Shown here: in pieces, positions 10,952-23,270 of the stretch
Numbering within the stretch: position 1 is the first letter of the stretch
Layout of the letters: the number at the start of each line of letters is the position of its first letter
NCBI GenBank assembly: GCA_052426225.1
Contig: JBNJNM010000008.1
Span: 1,116,001-1,180,000 of the forward strand
DNA length: 64,000 bases
Source: Zancudomyces culisetae HAW-14-8
Lineage: Eukaryota; Fungi; Kickxellomycota
Reading direction: 5' to 3'
The notes under the pieces: generated by a model
What the model was told of the DNA's origin: nothing
Seen by the model: the letters and a program-made list of their open reading frames with translations, nothing else
Databases searched by the model: none
Translations under genes and position numbers: made by a program

Positions 10952-13658
10952 CTATGACAAAAATCGATAATAGAACAAAACAAATCCAACTACAGAATCC
11001 CGGATGGCTTCGACAGTATCTAGAGGATGGCCCACGTTTGGATATACCCTACACTCGGTATGGCACTTTTTGTTTGCTTTGAGCAATCTGTGATACTGAT
11101 AGCCCTGTTCTGGAGGCACTCTTCTGTCACCAGCACCAATGTTGAGTAGTACTGGATCAGTGACATTAGCATAGAATCTTTGAGGACTGGACTCCCACAT
11201 TTTTTTGTAGTTCTCTGGGGTCAGCAAAGTAGAAGCAGCGTCGATCATATCGTAATCAAACTCAAGTCCTATTTCATTGAAACACCAGTCTGGAATGTCT
11301 GTTTTGGATATCATCTCGCCGAGATTTATTACTGGGTTACGCAAGACAATCGCCTTGAACAAACCTGGATACTTTCCCGCAATATGAGCGCCCATGAAGC
11401 CTGAATGTGAGCCACCATTGTAAACCCATTTTTCCTTGCTTACCAATTTTTTGTTTTCAGCCAAGTCTTTGGCTACATAAACAGTTTCGTCCACTTCCAG
11501 TTCACCAATTTTTCCAATCAGTTCATTTACGGCATCCTGGCCAAATCCAAGACTGCCGGTATAGTTGACTTGGGCAACAGCAAACCCCAGTATAGTTAGT
11601 ATAGTAGGAATGGCACTAAGCCCGGACACGCATGTTGCATGTGGACCTCCATGAGGATAGATCGCGAGGGGAGGGAGATCATCAGTATGGAAATGCCTGC
11701 TAAGATCATTTTTGGATTTAGGTTTTGTCAATATAACCTCCAAGTTTTTAGTGTTTTCTGGGAATTTAACAATACTATGCTCCACGCTTTCCTTTAGCAT
11801 TTTTGCGGTTTCAGTGTGTGATAATAGACCAAGAGGTATCCATTCCTTTACACAAACGGAGTTTCCATTATTGTTTACACTCACTGTACCAAAATAGATA
11901 TCGGGGACCTGGTTTGGTGTGGAAATAGATACAACTAACGTTCCATCATCGCATACTGTTAGAAATGACGTTGATCCTTGGTTGTTGATACATTCGCTGA
12001 GTGTAAACACTTTTTTTTTACAAATGTCTATCGCCAACAACACATTGTTGCTGTACCAGATAGAAGAGCAGAAAAGAAGTTTGTTTCCGCTGCCTATTTC
12101 CATCCAGGGATCTCTGGGAAGTTGATTAAAATACAATCCCGGGAAATTGCTTGGAAAACTTTCGGTCTGTTCTTGGCTTGGGGTATGTACCTCTGGAACT
12201 ATTTCGGTTATTTCCAAGCTGTCCAGATCCAAATGCATCAGCTTGTTGATATTTGCATGAGGTCCTCCAATTTTGGTACTCAGGTACACTATCTCCGAGG
12301 CCTTCCCAATAACTGGTCTTGGTGATCGTGCATTATAATCCGACTTTGTCACACACTTGACATTGCAGCCTTCTACGTCGCAAATATAGAGATCAGACGG
12401 ACGATTGGTGCAATACACCAGCCCAATGTGTCTTGGCTCAACCTTGTATCCTGTAAAAATAACAAACTCTTTCTCTTCTTCATTTCCAATGTTTCTTTTG
12501 ACCCACCTGGGCTGCCCTGGTTGCACACCTCTCATTTTGGCCAATTCACCTTCAACCTGTCGGATCTCGTTCTTGTAAATGTCTACTAGAACCATGACCG
12601 GCGGTCTTTTGCCCGTGAAGGTTTCTCCATAATCCTCATTGAATATGTATTTCCGCTGATCCGCCATACCTGCCTTGGGTTTTTCCTTTACTTTCCCTTT
12701 ATCCTTCCCCTTGTTGTCAACACTTGGTTCCTCATCAGATCCCAATTTATAAATCGGTTTTGCGGCATCAAACTCTTTAGGCTCGGCCATGTATACTATG
12801 TATTTTCCTGAGTGAGACCATTCCAAACTTCCAAAGGTTTCTAGTTAGATACATTATGCATATTTTGACTTTGATCCTAAATTTTGGTTTTTCTATATCT
12901 TTACCACATGTTGCTGGGAATAATACTTAGGGTATAGTAAATAAAGACCCGCGGTCAATGAATTCGGAATACTTTAAATTTAAGTATATGTCAACCCACT
13001 ACACCACGAGCGGTGAAGAGATGGGATGTCCCGATAATCAAAAGAATGACAGGAAAAAACGTGTTACCATCAGTGTAAAATTTTCCATGAATATCTGTAA
13101 CATCCAAACAGCGCTCTAGCTGGTGGCTATTCCAAATCTAAAAAATAAGGGGTTCAAGAAGAATCAGCTATCAACTCAACCAAATTTTTAGACGCTTAAA
13201 CATACCGCCACTACCATCTAATATCGAAACCATCAAAAGAAAAAAAGAAAGTGAAAAAAAAAGTGAAATAGAGAAAGGAAATAAATACTTACTTCTACAT
13301 AGCGCTTCTCAGTGCCTTTAGCCTGGGTAGATTTTAAAACAACCTTTCTGGTATTCCCTGATGTAGGCTCGTATCTGTAATCCAATATACCATCCATTTC
13401 TATAGCACCTGATTGTGATACCACTGCAGCCTGACCTGCGTTTCCGGAATCAAAGGTAATACTGCATTGGTGATGATTCGTTCTGGCTGTGTCTCTAACG
13501 AAATCCAGCTGTTTTGTTTCGTATTCCAGATTGTACATACCAGCTATCTTTGTTTTGGATATGTATGCACTTGAAACATTCGGGATGCCGTAAATGAGTT
13601 CAACGTTTTTTCGGACCTCAAGGGCGAACTCTTCACTAATATCGTTACCCAGCAACAT
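10952..13658 (-). CDS. APEH: Acylamino-acid-releasing enzyme (peptidase S9C), 3 exons: 13658-13293, 13137-13068, 12840-10952
   Basis: HGGPH, VNYTGSLGFGQ, GGSHSG nucleophile, LRNPV, DIPDW, DRRVP, GH. GT-AG introns join the exons in frame. Confidence 0.9.
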
Positions 13659-14276
13659 TTTATCCGCTTTTCTCTTTTCTCTTTTCTCTGTTTATTTATT
13701 TAGTGTAGTATATATTTCTAGTCTTGAAAAGTACTCAATTCAAAATATATTTCTTGTAAACCTACAAAAAGCTGAAGGGAGGGAGAACGAAAATAGAAAA
13801 GTCTAAAGTAACCTGTTAGTATTTATATGCCATTTTTCATGGGTGGTTTTATTTACCTTTGTTAAGGGCACTGTGAAACATAAATTGTCGGTAATTCAAT
13901 TTACAATAACGAATCAGTCACGTTTTCTGAGATTAATGAAACAGTTTTGATCATTAAATGTTAACAATTCGCACCAAATAACACAATAGTAAATCAAATA
14001 TCAAATGAAAATAAAAAGTAAATGTAGTCTATATTGTATAAGGATAGGAAAATAAACCAGAGAGTGAGCTAGTACTATAACACAGAAAGAATCCTAGAGA
14101 ATAAAAACGGACAGAATTAGTGATAGGTGAAAAAATTGGTAATAAGGAGGAAAAAGATATTGGAATGAGTGATGGACATGCAAGTACATGTGTGAATAGA
14201 GTGGGTGCGGGGAGCGGGGCTAACAACTGAGCAGTCTAAACCCAGGTATAAGTCAATACTATATCTTCGGAAAATC

Positions 14277-16640
14277 TTAGCTGTGAAAAGAAGGAATTGC
14301 GGTATAACCCAACCTACTGTCTAATGCGATTACAGGATAGTTAGGATCGTTGCCGAATTTTCTAGACTCCATGTATAGCTTTTCAATATCGCCTCTAAAT
14401 GCACCATCAGCTCCAAAAGCCTCGGATTCAAAGTCAAGATCCAGTTCAGAATCGATATCAAGGCCTGTATCACCTTTTTTGAAGACAACAGCCGAAGAGA
14501 AAGATGCAGCCTCATCAGATTCGGCTCCTTCATTTGCTTCCACACTCTTTCCCCGATCCAGCCCGCCTCTAACTTGTCTATCTCCAAATTCAGTGTTCCT
14601 GCTTGCGAATGGTGCGTGGTTTGAGACACCAGTTTTTGAATGATTAGTTGCAGCTGTCTGTCTTGAGATCCCTTCAGAGCTAGTTTCCCTTCCTGGGTCC
14701 TCTACCCAGTAAGTTTGCTTTCCACCAGCGGTGTAGCGCATTCCAGCCTTTACACGCTTCTGTCGGACATAATGACGATCCTGTTCTCTAGTGTCTGTCG
14801 ATAGATAATGTTGAGGTGTGTCGAGTTTGTTGTCATTCATTTCAGAGTTTGCTGAGTCTATATCGTATTCGGAAGAAGCTGCCGTGGTGCCAGCTGCAGC
14901 TATAGATTCGGGTGCGTGTGCCAGGCGTGAATCTGGCTCTTTGAACGCTGGAAGCAAAGGCTTTTTTGATGGGTCCTCATTACCTTTGTTTCTGTTGAAC
15001 ACACTAATTTTTTTTAAAAGAGGCCTATTTTTTCCTGTACCAAGCAAGCCTTTATGGCCACTCGCCGTACAACGAGTATCGTCAATATTCACCTGCACAG
15101 GAACCAAATTATCGAGTTGTGATACTTGAATTTTGGGATCAAAATGACTGTACGTATACGTTTTGCCGCTCCATGCTTCTCTGGCATCAAATAATACATC
15201 TTTTAGCCCAAATGCATCTCGGATTGCATGATAGAGCCTTGCCCTCGCAGATATTTTCTTGTTTTTGGGTCTGTACTCAACATGCGAGAAATACGTGTAG
15301 TGTCCAATTGCTGCCACAAACATTTCAATGCATATCAATGCATTTTGTAAATATGCCGCCATTTCCCCAGAGCCTGTCTGGTCTGGACTCTTGTAAAAGC
15401 CCAAATTCAGGATTATGGAAAATAACAACCCTTGCCAGTACGAGAAAAATACTATTGCTTTTACACATAGAAACTTTGGCAGCGGCCTAAAATGTATCCA
15501 AAATATGTTACACCAATTATATCATTTGTTTGAAACGATCTCATCTTGTTTGAACCCCAACTTGTCTCGATGATTTGCGGGATGGTAAAAATTTAGAAAG
15601 ACGTAGAAACGTAGCATTGATGATAGAGAAAAGTGTGAAGTATATGAAATAAGATCTACTTACCTCCATTTTACCAGGTCTTTTGCAAGTGCAAAATACA
15701 TAACTGACAGCGCAAACAGGGAGATGGAAATGCTCACATTATAAATCAATTGGATCCAAAAATACCCATCAAACACACTAAAGTTATTCTCGTTGTAGAG
15801 ACCTAGCGCCAAGAAAATAACTGTCAACAATGACAGCATGGGTTTTACTATTACATACTGCAGTATTCCTCGTTTGATACTGAGATAATCGTACGGGTCG
15901 CTCATGTCCAATTCGCTCTTCCACAATGAAGCAGGCCATGTTAGTCTTGTTGGTGGTCGTTTGTGCATGAGAACCAAAAATGCTCGTTCGCCTCCCATGT
16001 ATCCCATTAGCAAACTTACAAAGCAATAAATGACAAAGGCCTAAGTATGTATAATTAACTTTTAAAAGAATATCTCCAATGATGTATCTGTGTCACTCAT
16101 TCAGAATACAAATATTCATATTCCCGGTACTACACTAATACTGCAATTGTTGAAAAACTATCAAAAATAGTTACCTCATATATATCTTTTATAGTTTCAA
16201 AAAAGTGCAAAAGCGCTGGGTACTCAATACTGTACCATGCACACAGCGAGTATATGGGCACCCTATTGTGTACATTTTTAAATATATTCAGTTTTTTTCT
16301 GGTGCCTGTTTAGGCCATTTAAACGGCGTCGATGTTCAAATGGTACTTACATTAACATTATCCGTATGACCCAACGTTGTAGATTCTAAAAAAATATCAT
16401 TTGTATAATTGACAAAAGGAACTAGAGGTGTTTTTCAAAGATACTAAGGCAAAAGCTAGACTTCAATACTGTCTAGTATAGGCATTACTTGACAGTTACA
16501 AACCTGAGCAAAATGAAGAAATTTGCACTTACCGGCATGGAGTAGTTTTTCAAATGTAACAGGATAGAGAAAAAAGACAATATTGTTGCCGACCATGCCC
16601 CTACCCAACACAGAAGCAAAATATAACTGTTACTCGTCAT
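14277..16640 (-). CDS. TMEM184/OST-alpha family membrane protein, about 5 exons, long disordered C-tail
   Basis: Spliced HLKNY..P-LQRWVIRIMLMVPIYS, DIYEAFVIYCF, KRGILQYV, PLPKFLCVKAIVFFSYWQG, QNALICIEMF. Confidence 0.9.
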
Positions 16641-16855
16641 TTCTGTTACCCTTTCGCCCCGTAAAATGGGTTTAAAAAAGACTGTGCTGCTTTCGAATAC
16701 TTGATTCCCACTTTTTTCTGGGGAGATTATTTTTCGTATTTCTTGTTTTTTTTACAAATGGTTTGTTATTAATGGGATAAAAGTGTACCAAATCTAGAAG
16801 TGTGGCCTTGATCAGCTCGTCCGCATTGACTATTATGCTTAAACGCTTCGAAATT

Positions 16856-16910
16856 TGTTTGGTTTGGTTTGAATTGAATTGAATTGGTTCGGTTTGGTTT
16901 GGTTTGGTTT
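16856..16910. repeat. Compound pentanucleotide microsatellite (TTTGG/TTGAA)
   Basis: Tandem ggttt and gaatt units seen directly. Confidence 0.85.
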
Positions 16911-17601
16911 ACTCTATACCACTATTATTGTATTTTTTGGTAATTAGCTTAGCTGCTCTGATTATTTCCATCACTTTAAACTTTTTGTGTGTTGTTTACG
17001 CGATTTTTCACGTTTACCATTTCTGTAATTACTGAAAAAAAAAACCAAATGAAATAAATAAAAATGCAGAAAATTAATCAGAGATTGGAGGGATGGAGGC
17101 CAAATTTGCCAAATATTCTCGAGTGTTTTGCATCAACTTCAGCTGGCTAATTGGTCTGAAACTCCCCCTGAAATAAAGCCGATGTTTCTGTAGCTACAGT
17201 ATTGGTCTAATATTAGAGCATAAGTGTTTTACTCAATTTGTAAACTGTTCACGTGAGACAGGCATTAAACTTTGGCGCTTGAGCCAAGAGGAAAAGAAAC
17301 ACTGTTAAATGCAAAACACCTTGGCACGCTAGTTGATTGTACCTTGACTGCACCTTCGACGCTAGTACTGGATTAGCGCAGCTCAACGTCGGATGCACTT
17401 TTAGAAAATATAATGAGTTCGTTGTGAATAGTAAAGAAAACTTATTTGTGGGCAAGACTAAAGAATTAAAAGTGTAGATAGATGCATTTAATACCTAATG
17501 TGCTATAAGTAGTGTGTCAAAACCAAACAGTAATAGTAAATGGTTCAAAATCGAGTAAAATGTACTGAATTGAAATGAAATGGGGCTAATTAAATAAGTC
17601 C

Positions 17602-18488
17602 CTATTGTGCCTTCCTAATTAGTTCTCGCTGTACCTTCTTTAGCAAAGGTACAAGACAATTTACGCCCAACAGGAGAGTACCCACAGTCCACTTGATACC
17701 ATCACCAAGAGTGATTTCATCGGGAATAAAACCATGCAGCAGTTTACAGACTAGAGCTGCAAAAAATGCCTCCAAGACATGTACCACGACCAAAAATTTA
17801 AACGAGCTTTGCAGAAAACTTAGTGGTATAAATTTAAGCACTGTTTTGGCAAAGGTGCTGGAGTTTGGGCCAAACACCAGGTAAACATTAAGCGACATCA
17901 GCAGTGATGTGATGATTGCGTTTTTTAGATTGGGGTAATCAAACGCAAAAAGGGGCTTCAAAAGATCTTTTTCAGTTGTGGCATTTTCTGGCAGTATCTA
18001 TAAACAATAAATATAGATGAGTAATTTGTAACATAAACATAAAAAAATAAATACACATACACATACGCTTGACAAATAGAAGCCATACAGCGTCGATATT
18101 AGATTAATTTGCACAAGAATAGCATAAATGGGTCAAAAAAACTTACACCAAGCTCCTTCTCGCTTTCTTCGACTAGCTCTGAAAAGGACTTTAAAAAGCT
18201 GTTGACAGAGTATGCCTGCTTATAAAACGCAAATCGCATGTCCTCCTTTGACACATCGCCAGTATCGTTCTTCTCATCTTTGTACTCCCATACCAAATCA
18301 AACCCATCGCTATCGAGATCTGTAACGTGTGCGTTTAATACATTCTTTCTTTTACCAAAGTGTGTGGCCAGGTGTACCAAAGCCCGTGATTTTTTAAAAT
18401 TTAGATCCTTGATTAGTGTATCTTTTTGAGCTTCGAGGGGATCGCTCTTTTTCTGCTGTTGAGCTTTCCTATTTCTAATGTTAGACAT
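17602..18488 (-). CDS. DUF2470-like N-terminal domain plus TMEM254-like membrane domain, 2 exons: 18488-18147, 17997-17602
   Basis: Phase-0 GT-AG intron joins two ORFs. LATHFG..AHVTDLDSDGFDL then hydrophobic HVLEA..W..TLLLG segment. Confidence 0.65.
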
Positions 18489-19277
18489 TTAATGTGTGGA
18501 ATTCCGAAGAAACTGGGTTTTAGCTGAGATATATTCTAGTTTAATTCTTTTCCCTACTTTAAAGCAAAGTTTGATGCTACTTGATCTATTTAGGGGTTTT
18601 TCTTATATTGGATGTGTATAGAGGGGAATATAAGAAATAAGTACAAGCTAGGTAACTGTGTTTTGAATAACTGTACGCCGCATTTTAGAAATTCCAACCA
18701 CCATCAAAATTTATAGATTTACCAGCCAACCAACCATTCTTTCAATTCTCAGTCTTTTTTTATTAATTGCTTTATGATTTTAATTGAACCTGGAATTGGT
18801 TCTAGTTGCACTCTGAAAATTTACATGAATTACTTTGCAAGAAAGCAAACTGAGATTGAACAAAACAGGTGCTGCTGACTGGCAGCAGAGACGGGGTCAA
18901 ATCTGGTGAATAACTCCTGTTACTGGAAACAAATGCTTTATAGGACTGGTGAAACTCTGCTGTTGAAGCCCGATGATGGAAACGAGTTGCAAATGTTGAT
19001 GGTTTCCACGTGTCTATTAACCATTATACGCTTCTTTAGTTGCATTGTATAACTTGGTAGTAGAATGGTAATAGATGGAACAGCATGAATATATTCAGGA
19101 ATTGCATGTTTTACGTAAAAATCGTTATATAATTATAAAAAAATTTCGAATCATTTCTCGGCAACTCAAAAAAAAATTTTTTGTGTAAAAGCTATGGAAT
19201 AGTGGAGTAAACTGATTTAAAATGGGTATCGTTTCTCTGCATAATAAAACTAGTTAGATACAACAGATACAAAAACG

Positions 19278-20288
19278 GTGCTTTGCAGTAATAATACAAT
19301 GAATCCAACAAAGCTAAGACAATTTCTTGGGGCAAGGAACAAAATTTGGCTTTCAGGTTTTGGAATCCGTACCAATTCCAAAGCCTTTTCCCAGGCAGCT
19401 CGTATCTCGACTTACCGAAATTCGACATGTGCTAATAAAACTATGGAAAATACAACATCGAAATTGTTTTTTTCAACAATAAAGAACGAATCAGATACCA
19501 AAAACGTAGAGAAGGACGATTTGATCTCGGCCGCAAAAGATACTACAGATTTAGAAACGACCAAGGTCGACTCCGAAGAAATAGCTGAAGAAAACGAATA
19601 TATTGTCAAAGAGTTATACCCTGAGCTATACCCTGAAAATGTTCTGGAAAGTAGTGCAAAAAATAATGATGAATTGGGTGAGAATAATGGAGATCTGGCC
19701 GAGCTTGAGCTTGAGCAGGCAGATCAGGATTGGTATATTGGAAAATCCTTCCTGGTCCCCGAGTTCGAAAGCCAGGATGAATCTACACCTTTGTGGAAAC
19801 GAAAGTATGACGAATCAAATTCAATCAATAAAGATAAAGTTCAAATTCTGTTTTCAAAGTATGACCAAAGTACGATTCTATCGGTCATATTAAAAACGTT
19901 AGAGGAAAACTCTGGCCATGTAGCTCTGATTGATGTAGCTCAAAGATGTGAGTGGACGGATAAAATGATCATAGCAGAAGCAAATAGCGTGAGTCATATG
20001 AAGGCAATTGCTCAGGAGCTGCTGACCAATGTTAAGTCGCTGCTTAAAAAGACCGATCCAGGTCTCGCAAACTACGAAACAAGAGCGGATGGATGGGATA
20101 GTAATGACTGGTTGGCCTTAGATTTTGGGTCGGTCATTGTGCATATTATGACTAAGGAGGCCCGCGAATCGTATGATTTAGAAGGATTGTGGAAAAACAG
20201 CTCTAACAAGTCTGTTAGCTCTGAAGATATGCTAGTGAATGAAAACAACGATTTAGGAGTAAATTCTAGAGAGGGACGCTCCATCTAA
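19278..20288 (+). CDS. Mitochondrial RsfS/MALSU1/Atp25-N-like ribosome silencing factor
   Basis: Basic presequence-like N-terminus. IDVAQRCEWTDKMIIA and DWLALDFGSVIVHIMTKEARESYDLEGLW are RsfS motifs. Start codon may be the downstream ATG. Confidence 0.85.
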   Translation: MLCSNNTMNPTKLRQFLGARNKIWLSGFGIRTNSKAFSQAARISTYRNSTCANKTMENTTSKLFFSTIKNESDTKNVEKDDLISAAKDTTDLETTKVDSEEIAEENEYIVKELYPELYPENVLESSAKNNDELGENNGDLAELELEQADQDWYIGKSFLVPEFESQDESTPLWKRKYDESNSINKDKVQILFSKYDQSTILSVILKTLEENSGHVALIDVAQRCEWTDKMIIAEANSVSHMKAIAQELLTNVKSLLKKTDPGLANYETRADGWDSNDWLALDFGSVIVHIMTKEARESYDLEGLWKNSSNKSVSSEDMLVNENNDLGVNSREGRSI

Positions 20289-20551
20289 GAAGCTGGTTTT
20301 TCACCTTTCATTTTTCATCTTACACTTTTCTTTTTCGTGTATTTCCAGCCTACAAAAACAATCGCATATTGTCTCACCATTTCAGAGTTAGAGTAAGAGT
20401 ACTGATTAACCAACAAACATAGAACTGTTATTAGATCTTTTTATAATAAAAAAAACAAGTTTTTTTTTCAAAATCAAGGTTTAAAGCTTCTCAAGCGTAA
20501 AAAAATGAACAAAGAATTCGCTGGATGCAAATGTAAACACGGCTATCGGGA

Positions 20552-21634
20552 TCACATATTACTAGAAGAGATAGATATCGATGCTGTCCACGTTTGTTGC
20601 GGCTCAAGGTGAACTGGAGTTATCACAGTTCCTGATTCGACACAAACCATTTGCTTGTACTATTTTATCACATAATTTCCAATTATGAATAATTGTTATC
20701 TACATCTAAACCACACCAAGCCATGATCACGCCACTTTTTCTAGTGGTACAATAGCATTTCGTGCAAACTTACCTCCTCATCGCCCAAGTCAGCCATTCC
20801 CTTTGCTAGCTCACTCCATGGATTCCACACAACTATAATGGATAAATTTGTATTTACTCTTCAATGTAACAAAGTTCTATACAGCATTTCTATTTTCTCC
20901 CATACGGGCAAAAAAGCTGAGAAAGGGGCGTAAATGTACATACCTGTATCTTTAAAGTTGTTGCTTTTGATCTCAATCTTGCGGCCGTTTCCTACTTCTA
21001 CCTTGACGATCTCTGGTGTATTTTTGTAGGATCTGTCGATTCTTTCGCTGATTGTGAGTATTTTTCCAGTTTCAACGGAATCGCTGCTCTTTGCCACCAT
21101 ATCATTATACTTGAGCCCCTCGAGTCCGTGTACCTTCGTTTGGTCTATATCTGCACGGAAATATGTATGCAAAAGTGTGGTGTATTCGAATGGAACGTCA
21201 TCCAAATTTGTACACTCGAGTGTTAGTTCCAAGCTATTTTTTGTTAGTTCAATTGTGTAGTATAGCTTGAACTTGTATCCCCATGGTGTGCTTAACGTAT
21301 TGGCATTGTGTTTGAGCAAAAACTTTACTCTTATTCCACTTTGACACACTTTGTACCCCAAGAACTCCCAGACGGTGGTGCGAGCGAATCCGTGTTGTGG
21401 TAATGCGCCGGGTCCAAACTGTGGGAAAACAACTGGTATTCCTCCCCTGATCGCCTTTGTTCCATCCAATACGGCCTTCTTGCTCAAAAATAGCTGCTCT
21501 TCTCCTTTACAAATCCAGGATATTATGGTTGCGCCGTATGTGTGAATTGTTACTGATGAACCCTCATTATTGGTCATGGAAACTTTTACTACATTTCCAT
21601 CCTTGTCAGTGATTGTATTTACGAGGTCTTTCAT
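20552..21634 (-). CDS. Glucose-6-phosphate 1-epimerase (aldose 1-epimerase family), 3 exons
   Basis: GATIISW, AIRGGIPVVFPQFG, QHGFAR, LHTYF; downstream exons VWNPW..MADLGDEE and YKQMVCVESG. Confidence 0.92.
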
Positions 21635-22042
21635 TTTTATCTCCCTTTAGTGTTTGTATTCTGAAGTGAATTATATTTCAATGATAATGGAATGAATGGG
21701 ATAAGCAATCCAAGTTTTGTATGTTTTGGTTATTATTGCAACTTTGAGTAGTACGCTTGAAAAGCTTATTTATGGTTATTGGAATTTTTTCAATTGTGTT
21801 TCTTGTTACTAATATACTCACCCGCTATTAACTCATTTAATTTAACCAATTCGCAAATCAGAATCGTTAATTTTGACCAGCGCAAAAAGCTTGGTGGAAA
21901 TCCAATCCAAACAGTTTGCCCTAGAAAACCATTAAAAAAAATTGTCAAATTATTGTGTTTTTTGGGTTTAACAAATATATTAAAAAAGTACTTACACTTG
22001 ACAAATAACGATCAATCCTTTGTCGAGATTCAGAATTCAGAT

Positions 22043-22797
22043 ATGAATAGTAAGAGCACCGCAACCGATACAGCACATAGAAGGACCTGGGATAAAGAGG
22101 AGTTTGAAAAAAAGGCTAGAGAACGAGCAAAAAAACTCAAAGAGGTCGGTCCAGATGGAAAGCCAAAGGGGGACAATGCAAAGAAGCAGGAAAAGGCTGC
22201 GCCGCTGGCACCTCTACAGTCCAGATCAGGCAAAGTGAATCTTACGGGGATGCTTGGGAAAACTCAGCTTGTTTACACGTCAAGCGGGTCTTCCCAACAG
22301 CCAGGATTCTACTGCAAAGTTTGTGATTGCACAATCAAGGACAGCATTGGCTACTTGGATCATATTAATGGTAAGAAGCATCATCAAAACATGAACATGT
22401 CATTGAAAATAAAGAGGGATACTTTGGATGACGTGAAGGAGAAACTTGCAAAACTAAAGAGCAAGATTGAAGACAGCAGCACGAAGGGTGAATATGACTT
22501 TGAGGAACGTGTTAGCGAATTGAAGAGAAAAAGAGTAGATCACAACCTGAAAAAGCGCGAAAAACAAAAAGAGAAAAAGTTGAAAGAACGTGAGGAGCTC
22601 GAGGAATATCAGAATCCTGAATTTGCAAGTCTAATGGGGTAAGATATCCTGGTCTGGTTGTTTTCGTTTTCGTTTTTTTGTCATCTAGGCCGATTTTATC
22701 TAGTCACGATCTGGAAAAAAAAGCGGTACTTATACCCAATATTTTGCGTGTACAAAAAAATAGGTTCAACTCTTTTGGGTCTACAAAAAAGGATTAG
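22043..22797 (+). CDS. SNU23: U4/U6.U5 component Snu23/ZMAT2, 2 exons: 22043-22638, 22764-22797
   Basis: RRTWDKEE, GFYCKVCDCTIKDSIGYLDHINGKKH zinc finger, spliced MGFNSFG C-terminus. Confidence 0.92.
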
Positions 22798-23270
22798 AGG
22801 TACTGTGCTACCATTTGGTCGTCTAGTTTAAACTGAAAGGAGAAACCAAGAGTGCGAAGCTTGATAAATTTTACAGGTCTATGAATATAATTTCTTGCAT
22901 ATACGCTGTATATCTGCCTAGAAGACCACTTGCGGGGATCTGTAGCGACATTTTTTGTATTTTTTATAATATTAGTTAGAGTTTTTTATCGCGATACATC
23001 ACCATCCATCTGATTCACAAGCTGCACCCAGTTTCACACTTCAGCACCCACCCAGTCAGCTCGTATTCAGAGCCTGTACTGAAACTATATGAACTTATCT
23101 GTATTAAATAGACCGTTCTTTATTAATTGTTCAGGCTATTTTTTACTATTCAGCTAATACAATTTCCCACATGTAGTAATACGCTATCATCAGTATAAAA
23201 GTTTATATTTATTTGTAAAAAGGGTTCTTGATGCGATATCATTAAAATAAAAGTAGAATAGCCATCGACT

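Noticed and set aside
17340-17400. SECIS-like TGAG...CGAA on the - strand, looked for because some early-diverging fungi use selenocysteine
   Set aside because: Upper helix too short, and the upstream gene ends in TAG with no in-frame TGA. No selenoprotein candidate was seen in the window.
18880-18965. Hammerhead ribozyme, TPP riboswitch or tRNA-Sec resemblance
   Set aside because: CTGGTGA instead of CTGANGA, GAC instead of GTH, no stem I. TPP core and tRNA cloverleaf are absent.
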